Assembly: GCA_902464375.1 (NCBI GenBank)
Contig: CABQIM010000001.1
Location: 1,567-65,566, forward strand
DNA length: 64,000 nucleotides
Source: an uncultured bacterium
GTDB lineage: Bacteria; Cyanobacteriota; Vampirovibrionia; Gastranaerophilales; Gastranaerophilaceae
Reading direction: 5' to 3'
This document shows positions 28,813 to 36,047 of this stretch, in pieces. The notes under the pieces were generated by a model. It was not told the DNA's origin and did no database searches. It was given only the letters and a program-made list of their open reading frames with translations. Numbering within the stretch: position 1 is the stretch's first letter; each line of letters begins with the position of its first letter. Both the position numbers and the translations under genes were made by a program.

Positions 28813-29538
28813 ATGGCAAATCCAATTTTGAACGATAACTTTGCTGCTCAAGAAAGAGTTTATGAAGGCGAAGCAATGACAGTAAATGGGACTATCCAAA
28901 TTGCAGGATTTTTGGGTATCTTACTGGTTGCAGCAGCCGCTTATGTTTGGTCTAGATTCAATATGGGCTTTACTGATCAAGCTTACATGCTAACAAGCGT
29001 AGGTGCTATTGCAGGTTTTGTACTAGCTCTTATAATTTCATTTACAAGAAAGAAATTTTTAGTTCCTGTTTATGCTGTTGCAGAGGGTCTTTGTTTAGGC
29101 GGGATTTCAGCAGTATTCGAACAATCTTATCATGGAATAGTTGTTCAAGCAGTTGCAGGAACATTTGCAGCTTTATTTTCTATGCTTATTTTATACAGAG
29201 CTAACATAATCAAATGTTCAGATAAATTCAGAAGTGTTATTTTCATTTCTACTTGTTCAATTGCTGTAATATATTTGGTAGACTTAATCGGTCACTTTTT
29301 CCACTACGCTGTTCCGATTATTAATACTTCTTCAGGACTTGGTATTGGATTCAGCGCAATCGTAGTAGTAATTGCGGCATTAAATTTAATTATTGATTTT
29401 GATTTTATCGAACAAGGTGCAAGAAACATGCTTCCTAAAGATATGGAATGGTATGGCGCATTTGGGCTAATGGTAACGCTTGTATGGCTTTATTTAGAAA
29501 TATTAAGGTTACTGGCAAAATTACAAGACAGAAAATAG
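28813..29538 (+). CDS. Bax inhibitor-1/YccA family membrane protein
   Basis: MTVNGTI, YAVAEG..LG, LIIDFDFIE, EWYGAFGLMVTLVWLYLEILRLL. Confidence 0.85.
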   Translation: MANPILNDNFAAQERVYEGEAMTVNGTIQIAGFLGILLVAAAAYVWSRFNMGFTDQAYMLTSVGAIAGFVLALIISFTRKKFLVPVYAVAEGLCLGGISAVFEQSYHGIVVQAVAGTFAALFSMLILYRANIIKCSDKFRSVIFISTCSIAVIYLVDLIGHFFHYAVPIINTSSGLGIGFSAIVVVIAALNLIIDFDFIEQGARNMLPKDMEWYGAFGLMVTLVWLYLEILRLLAKLQDRK

Positions 29539-29607
29539 ATTTTTTATCAGGCTTCTTTTATAATAAAGGAAGCCTGATTTATTAAGAGGGATTTTGAAGG
29601 AGGAGAA

Positions 29608-30810
29608 ATGACAGCAGTCTTATCATTTTTAGTCGGTATATTATTGGCTTCCGCGGTTTTTTACGTTTTTTATTCAAAAAAAATCAATGCCTTGAAGGAA
29701 GAATTAATAACCATTAGTGCGAAATCGAAATCAACAGAAGAATTGCAAGAAATAATCAAACGTGATTTTGTACAACTTGCTAATGAAACAATTAAAAATG
29801 AACAAGAAGATTTGCGTAAACAAAACAGAGAAAGTCTTGAAGAAAAAATCCTCCCACTAACAAAAGAGTTAGGTGAATTTAAAGCCAAAGTTGAAAAATT
29901 TAACCTTGCCGGAGTTGAAAACACAACCAAGATTGTCGAACAAATCGGAAATTTAGAAAAGAACAACAAGGTAATCGAACAAGAGGCAAAAAATCTTGTG
30001 GAAGCTTTAACGAAAAATCAAAATGTAAAAGGCTCCTACGGAGAAGATTTATTGGATACAATTTTACAATCTTGCGGCATGGTTGAAGGTATACATTATT
30101 CAAAACAAATGGTTATGACTTCAGCTAGCCTTAAAGATAACGAAGAACATATCATAAGACCGGATGTTGTAATCAATCTTCCTAACGACCACCATCTTAT
30201 TATTGATTCAAAAGTAACGCTCACAAGTTATTTAGAGTACATAAAAGACAATGACAAACTCAAAGAATTTAAAAACGAGGTTAAGAAAAGAATAGTTGAT
30301 TTAGCAAACAAAAATTACCAAAATGCAGGTGATTTATCTCAACCGGATTTTGTTCTTATGTATATGCCAATAGAAACATCCGTAAATTTACTTTATGAAG
30401 ATGCAGAACTCATTAATAGTGCGTATAAATCTAATATTATAATTGTTGGAACATCATCTCTTCTTGCAACAATAAGACTTGTAAACCAATTAATGGCACA
30501 ACAGAAACAAAAAGAAAGTATAAATCAGATTGTTAATGCCGGAACAAACTTGTACGAAACATTTGTTCAATTCTGCGAAGATTTACTTGATGTCCAAAAG
30601 CGTTTTGATGACGTTGGTAAAAAGTTAAATACAACCATAAACAGATTCAGACGTAACAGCAAAAACAAACCTAGTTTGTTCTCTCAAGTTGAGGCATTAA
30701 AAGAATTTGGAATAAATACAAATAAAGAAATTCCGGAAAAATTACTTTCTGAGCCGGAAGAAGCAGTGGAAGAAGAGGATGTCTTGGAAGGAGTTTTTGT
30801 AAATGACTAA
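29608..30810 (+). CDS. rmuC: DNA recombination protein RmuC
   Basis: N-terminal TM, coiled coil, KGSYGE, RPDVVINLP, IIDSKV, DFVLMYMP.E. Confidence 0.9.
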   Translation: MTAVLSFLVGILLASAVFYVFYSKKINALKEELITISAKSKSTEELQEIIKRDFVQLANETIKNEQEDLRKQNRESLEEKILPLTKELGEFKAKVEKFNLAGVENTTKIVEQIGNLEKNNKVIEQEAKNLVEALTKNQNVKGSYGEDLLDTILQSCGMVEGIHYSKQMVMTSASLKDNEEHIIRPDVVINLPNDHHLIIDSKVTLTSYLEYIKDNDKLKEFKNEVKKRIVDLANKNYQNAGDLSQPDFVLMYMPIETSVNLLYEDAELINSAYKSNIIIVGTSSLLATIRLVNQLMAQQKQKESINQIVNAGTNLYETFVQFCEDLLDVQKRFDDVGKKLNTTINRFRRNSKNKPSLFSQVEALKEFGINTNKEIPEKLLSEPEEAVEEEDVLEGVFVND

Positions 30811-31498
30811 AATTCTGGTTGTTGATGATGATATTGCAATAAATGAGCTGGTTAAAGTAAACTTAGAACTTCAAGGTTACAATGTGATTCAAGCTTATAA
30901 TGGTGTTGAAGGTTTTGCAAAGGCTAAACAAGAAGAACCCAATCTTATTATTCTAGACGTCATGATGCCTGAAGTTGATGGTTATACAGTTGCCAGACGT
31001 GTAAGACAATGCCCTGAAATTTCTGAAACACCAATTATTATGCTTACTGCACTTTCAGAACTTAACAACAAAGTTGAAGGCTTTGACATTGGCGTAGATG
31101 ATTATTTAACCAAACCTTTTGAAATCGATGAACTAATTGTTAGAGTGAGAGCTTTGTTAAAAAGAACTAACCAAATTCCAAAATCTTCGGCAACAAGAGA
31201 ATTGCTGACGTATAAAGAAATTACGCTTATACCGGAATCTTATAGCGTTCAGATTAATGACAAAATTCAAAAATTAACACCAATTGAATTTGATATTTTT
31301 AATCTTTTATTCCAAAATCACGGCAATATGATATCAGGAGCGAAGTTACTTAAAGACATTTGGGGTTATGAACCTGACGATAATGTCGAAACAATCAGAG
31401 TTCACATAAGACACTTGAGAAGTAAGATTGACAAAATTTCTGACGGCAAAAAGTATATTGAAACAATTTATGGCGGTGGCTACAAATTAAATATCTAA
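30803..31498 (+). CDS. rpaA: OmpR-family response regulator, RpaA-like
   Basis: Receiver domain plus WGYEPDDNVETIRVHIRHLR and TLIPE, matching cyanobacterial RpaA signatures as recalled. Confidence 0.75.
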   Translation: MTKILVVDDDIAINELVKVNLELQGYNVIQAYNGVEGFAKAKQEEPNLIILDVMMPEVDGYTVARRVRQCPEISETPIIMLTALSELNNKVEGFDIGVDDYLTKPFEIDELIVRVRALLKRTNQIPKSSATRELLTYKEITLIPESYSVQINDKIQKLTPIEFDIFNLLFQNHGNMISGAKLLKDIWGYEPDDNVETIRVHIRHLRSKIDKISDGKKYIETIYGGGYKLNI

Positions 31499-31503
31499 AA
31501 TTA

Positions 31504-31532
31504 TTGACTTATTTATTTTGTTGTATTACCAT
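31504..31532 (+). promoter_or_regulatory. sigma70 promoter of the leader-peptide transcript
   Basis: TTGACT-N17-TACCAT. Confidence 0.7.
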
Positions 31533-31555
31533 TTTAAAAAAAGGAAATAATAAAC

Positions 31556-31642
31556 ATGCAATTTAGCACAACTATGATGATGAATATGATGATGCAAAGC
31601 CTTGGAGAAGGTGGTTTTTGTTGTGCTAATCGAATGTGTTAA
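31556..31642 (+). CDS. Putative Met/Cys-rich attenuator leader peptide (MQFSTTMMMNMMMQSLGEGGFCCANRMC)
   Basis: AAGGA RBS, 28 codons with 8 Met and 3 Cys; contains the antiterminator strand. Confidence 0.75.
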   Translation: MQFSTTMMMNMMMQSLGEGGFCCANRMC

Positions 31643-31664
31643 GTATGTTTAGACAATAAATTTT

Positions 31665-31693
31665 AAAGCCGCCTTTTCCAAGGCGGCTTTTTT
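31665..31693 (+). terminator. Attenuator terminator
   Basis: AAAGCCGCCTT-ttcc-AAGGCGGCTTTTTT. Confidence 0.85.
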
Positions 31694-31726
31694 AGTGCTG
31701 TTATACATTTTTTGAAAGGAAATACT

Positions 31727-32989
31727 ATGCTATCGTCAATTAACAACTACGAACCAAAAAATTTAAGAGAAAAACAAAAAACAAATTTTAAAGGAATCAC
31801 AATACCTGCGAGTACAAGATTTTTAGATGGATTTGTAAAATCACAAGAAAATTTATCAACAACAAGATTTATACAAGACACAACAACAAATTGGCTGCCA
31901 AAAGCAGCTCTATCAAGAAGCAAAGCCGACTTTTGGGAGTTTTCATTATTAGAATTCGTTGAATCAGGTTTATTTTATTTTGCAGCACCGGTTTTGGGAG
32001 AACATTTATTTAGAAATAAAATTTTTAATAAAATTCAGCCAAAACAAATTATGAATAATGTTACCAAAAGCACTTCCGAAATTAAGAAATCAGCATTAGA
32101 TGCCACTACAAAAAATAAATCTATCGCAACAAAAGCAGGAATTATTACGGCTTGTTTGGCAGTTCCTGCAATGGAATATGCCTTAAGTTTTGCAAAGAAT
32201 TTATTTACATTAAAAGTTTTCCATTTGAGTGATTTCAACAATGTTGCAAACTTAAACTCTGAACAAAAAGAGGATGAAGCACAACAGAATAAAGTCGAAA
32301 CACACGCGAAAAAAGAATTAAAAAAAGCCGGAGTTCTTTCCGCTGCCGGAATTGGAGCAGGAATTTTACTTGCTACACACGGTCACAAATCAAAAACTGC
32401 TTTAAAATTTTCAGAAGCGTTATTAAACCCTGCAGAACCAATTAAAAAAGGACTACATAAAGTGGGCTTAAAATCAAAGAAATTTGACAAATTTCTTGAA
32501 GACTATACGAAGCTTGATTTTGATAATAAAAACGGAAAGTTTGCATTGAGCAAAGGACAACTTGCCCTAACTGCAATAACAGGCTTATTCGGATATTCAG
32601 AAGCTGCCAAAGACAGAGGAAAACTGGATTTTTATGAAGTCTGGACGAGAGTTCCGCTCGTTGTTTTATATACAATTTTTGGTTCCGCAGTGTTTGATGA
32701 AGGATTCAAAAAAATATTAGCCAAGAATGGCAAATTCCCTGATTTAATCAAGAAGTCTAATGATGGAAGCATCAATGTACCATCAAGAAAAGAACTTCCA
32801 AATATTGCAGAGCAGGTAGCTTTGAAAAATAATACTAGCTCAAAAAAAGAATTGGAAAAATTAATTAAACAGAAATCAATAATAACCGGCGTTCCTTATT
32901 TATTCAGTTTAGTTGCGATGGGATTTACACTAACAGCTGTTACAAGACTTTGGACAAAGTACAGATATGAGCATCAATTTGATAAATAA
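31727..32989 (+). CDS. Hypothetical multi-pass membrane protein with N-terminal TNFKG motif
   Basis: About 420 aa, AAGGA RBS before ATG 31727, several Gly/Ala-rich hydrophobic segments separated by Lys-rich loops. Confidence 0.8.
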   Translation: MLSSINNYEPKNLREKQKTNFKGITIPASTRFLDGFVKSQENLSTTRFIQDTTTNWLPKAALSRSKADFWEFSLLEFVESGLFYFAAPVLGEHLFRNKIFNKIQPKQIMNNVTKSTSEIKKSALDATTKNKSIATKAGIITACLAVPAMEYALSFAKNLFTLKVFHLSDFNNVANLNSEQKEDEAQQNKVETHAKKELKKAGVLSAAGIGAGILLATHGHKSKTALKFSEALLNPAEPIKKGLHKVGLKSKKFDKFLEDYTKLDFDNKNGKFALSKGQLALTAITGLFGYSEAAKDRGKLDFYEVWTRVPLVVLYTIFGSAVFDEGFKKILAKNGKFPDLIKKSNDGSINVPSRKELPNIAEQVALKNNTSSKKELEKLIKQKSIITGVPYLFSLVAMGFTLTAVTRLWTKYRYEHQFDK

Positions 32990-33012
32990 TGTTTTTTGGT
33001 ATAATTTTTATT

Positions 33013-34317
33013 ATGAAGAGATTATTTTTAATAATATTTTTTCTAATAATAATTCAACCTTCTACACTTGCGATTCAAAATACTCAAAAAGTATACTTAA
33101 ATCAGGCAATTGAAGCGGCTTTGAATAACAATATAGATTTGCAGGCAACAAAACTCAATGGTACAATTGCAAAGAATGAAGTTAAAGCTGCAAATCGCTT
33201 ACAGAACCCATCGTTTGACGCATTTTATTTTATGGGCGCAGCAGGAAATGAAGAACCAAAACAGTTTGGACTTAGTGAAAATTTTGAAATTGCAAAAAGA
33301 AGTGCGCGCAAAAATCTTGCAAAATCTAACCTTAAACTCGTTGAGAAAAACATTGATTACACAATATTTGACTTAAAAATGGACGTAAGAGAAGCCTATA
33401 TAAATCTTGTTGCAGCAAAATCAATACTTTTCACTCTCGAGCAGCAGCAAGAGCTCCAAGAAGAATTGTTAAAAATTGCGAAAAATAAAGTAAAAAACAA
33501 TCACGCTCCTGATATTGATGTTATTCAAGCTGAAATTGCGTTAAATCAAATGATAACTCAGGTTAATTCTGCCAGAGTAAATGTAAAAAAAGCACTTGCG
33601 GAATTTAACAAAGTAATTAACGATCCGCATGATATCCAATACGACAGCATGGACAATATTTTTGATGAAGAAAATAATTACACAGAAATGATGACTCCAT
33701 CTCCGGAATACACCTTTCCATCATTTGATTCTATTCTGCAAAAAGCGCTTTCACACAGATTTGATATTCAAATTGCAAAGCAAGAAATTGATTTAGCAGA
33801 AAAGAATCTTACACTTGTTGCAAGACAAAGAATTCCTGATTTGCAAGTATCCGGCGGATACGCATATCAACTTGGAAGATACAGCAATAGCGGGAATTAT
33901 AATAACGGAGCGTATATTGGTGCGAGTTTAGTAAACTTACCACTGCTTTATAATTTCACACCAGAAATCAAAAATGCCGCAATCAAGCTTGAGCAAGCAG
34001 AATTAAAGTACACTTCTGCACAAAATAGAGCAGTCAAAGATGTTAGCGCTGCATATGAAAGATTTTTAACAGCTGCAGATAACCTTAACCATTATGAGAA
34101 GAATATTGTTACAGGCTCTGAAGCTCTAATCGAAACAAGTAAAAAGAGTTACGAGGCAGGAAAATCTGATATAACATCATTAATTGTCATGAAACAATCT
34201 TATAAATCAATTATAATAGGATATACGCAAGCTCTTGCCGAATACTATAACAGCTGGACAAACTTCTTGCGAGAAGTTAACGACGAAAACTTTACACTAC
34301 CTGATAATTTATTATAG
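33013..34317 (+). CDS. TolC/CzcC family outer membrane efflux protein
   Basis: Signal peptide, LNQAIEAALNNN.DL, VREAYINL, RFDIQIAKQ, duplicated OEP halves. Confidence 0.85.
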   Translation: MKRLFLIIFFLIIIQPSTLAIQNTQKVYLNQAIEAALNNNIDLQATKLNGTIAKNEVKAANRLQNPSFDAFYFMGAAGNEEPKQFGLSENFEIAKRSARKNLAKSNLKLVEKNIDYTIFDLKMDVREAYINLVAAKSILFTLEQQQELQEELLKIAKNKVKNNHAPDIDVIQAEIALNQMITQVNSARVNVKKALAEFNKVINDPHDIQYDSMDNIFDEENNYTEMMTPSPEYTFPSFDSILQKALSHRFDIQIAKQEIDLAEKNLTLVARQRIPDLQVSGGYAYQLGRYSNSGNYNNGAYIGASLVNLPLLYNFTPEIKNAAIKLEQAELKYTSAQNRAVKDVSAAYERFLTAADNLNHYEKNIVTGSEALIETSKKSYEAGKSDITSLIVMKQSYKSIIIGYTQALAEYYNSWTNFLREVNDENFTLPDNLL

Positions 34318-34328
34318 AGGAAAATAAA

Positions 34329-35477
34329 ATGAGAAAAAGTATGTGCCTACTTCCGCTAGCCTTGGGCACATTCGGGCTAGGAATAACAGAATATGTGATG
34401 ATGGGGATTTTACCTGATACTGCAAAATCTATGCAGGTAACAATTCCGCAAGCAGGAAATTTTATATCTTTGTATGCACTGGGAGTTGTTGCCGGTTCAA
34501 TATTACTGGTACTCACTGCCAGAACAAAACCGCTTAAGACAATTTTAATCTGGCTTATGTCCATATTTACAATCGCAAATTTGTCAACCGCATTTGTAGG
34601 AAATTACCACTTATTTTGCCTTACAAGATTTATAGCAGGACTTCCGCACGGAGCATTCTTTGGAGTAGGTGCAATTTCAGCAGGAAGATTATGTGAAAAA
34701 GGAAAGCAAAATTTGGCAGTTGCAATGATGTGTTCCGGCATGACTGTTGCAAACTTATTAGGAATACCTATCGGAACTTTCATAAGCCACAATTTCACAT
34801 GGAGAATAATTTTTGTAATTGTCGGATTAATCGGAGTCGGAATAGTTTATTCTATATGCAAATTTGTTCCATACTTAAAACCACTACCTGACACAGGTTT
34901 TAGGGGACAATTCAAGTTTTTAAAAAGCCTTGGACCTTGGTTATTGATTGTTGCAGTTATTATGGGCAATGGCGGAATTTTTTGCTGGTACAGTTACATA
35001 AATCCGCTACTGGTAAAAATTTCCGGAATACTTCCACAATTCGTTTCTCTAATAATGATACTTGCTGGCGCTAGCATGTGCGTAGGCAATCTCCTTGGCG
35101 GCAAACTTTCTGACAAGTTTTCTCCGGCTAAAGTTGCAGGGCTAACGCAACTTACAGCTTGCATAGCATTAATTTTGATATTCTTCTTTTCGCATAATCC
35201 AATAGTATCTGTAATATTGATGTGCGTTTGCACAGGCTGTTTGTTTGGAGTGTCAGCACCGCAACAAGTTTTATTGATAGAAAATGCAAAAGGCGGAGAA
35301 ATGCTTGGTGCATCATTCTCACAAATATCATTCAATCTTGGTAACGCAATTGGCGCTTTCGTCGGAGGGATTCCAATCTCACACGGATTAGCTTACAACT
35401 ACACAGCCATCCCAGGAGCTGTATTTGCATTTATTGGGTTTGGAATGTTGTATTATTTCCATAAGAGGTACAATTAA
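34329..35477 (+). CDS. MFS transporter (AraJ/DHA1-like)
   Basis: LALGTFGLGITEY, RFIAGLPHGAFFG, G.TVAN.LG.P.GT, FNLGNAIGA. Confidence 0.85.
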   Translation: MRKSMCLLPLALGTFGLGITEYVMMGILPDTAKSMQVTIPQAGNFISLYALGVVAGSILLVLTARTKPLKTILIWLMSIFTIANLSTAFVGNYHLFCLTRFIAGLPHGAFFGVGAISAGRLCEKGKQNLAVAMMCSGMTVANLLGIPIGTFISHNFTWRIIFVIVGLIGVGIVYSICKFVPYLKPLPDTGFRGQFKFLKSLGPWLLIVAVIMGNGGIFCWYSYINPLLVKISGILPQFVSLIMILAGASMCVGNLLGGKLSDKFSPAKVAGLTQLTACIALILIFFFSHNPIVSVILMCVCTGCLFGVSAPQQVLLIENAKGGEMLGASFSQISFNLGNAIGAFVGGIPISHGLAYNYTAIPGAVFAFIGFGMLYYFHKRYN

Positions 35478-35505
35478 AACACCCTTATCTCCTTGTTTTG
35501 TTTCA

Positions 35506-35576
35506 CCCTCGCCCCTTGTGGGAGAGGGTAGAATTTCAAGTTAAGCTATGCGAAACTTAGAAATTCGGGCGAGGGG
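35506..35576. repeat. REP-like hairpin with internal palindromic insertion
   Basis: CCCTCGCCCCTTGTGGGAGAGGG-[GAATTTC...GAAATTC]-GGGCGAGGGG between convergent genes. Confidence 0.6.
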
Positions 35577-35624
35577 ATTAGCCCTCTGGACAAACTTAAT
35601 TTAATCACTTCAAATTTTTATTTA

Positions 35625-35924
35625 CTAATCAATTTGAACTTCTTCATTGATTTCGTCAGAAGTAACTGGAGCTTTGTTGTCTTTATATATCCAATACAGA
35701 TACATATCCAGCAGCAGGAATATCGTATTTAGAATATACAACCAGAAAACCCAGTCCATATCATCCAATATTTTATGTGTAATACCGCACAAATATCCTA
35801 ACAAAATTAACATAGAAAAATGTATGCTCTTTCCATGCACACATTTACATCTATAAGTCTTTAGTGCTGCTACAGGCCAGCTTATTCCAAAACATACCAT
35901 CATTCCGGCTTCAAATACGCTCAT
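35625..35924 (-). CDS. Small 3-TM membrane protein (PQ-loop/SemiSWEET-like fold)
   Basis: FEAGMMVCFGISWP...K...GKS..F..LI..GY..GI.HK. Confidence 0.65.
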   Translation of the reverse strand: MSVFEAGMMVCFGISWPVAALKTYRCKCVHGKSIHFSMLILLGYLCGITHKILDDMDWVFWLYILNTIFLLLDMYLYWIYKDNKAPVTSDEINEEVQID

Positions 35925-36047
35925 TTTATTTCTCCTTCATACTGTAATTATTTTAAAGCGTATGCAGACAAAAAGTAAAATACCAAAAAGTTATAAAAAT
36001 TATAACTTTTCGGTATAATACACACAAGTTTTTATCAAATGATATCT

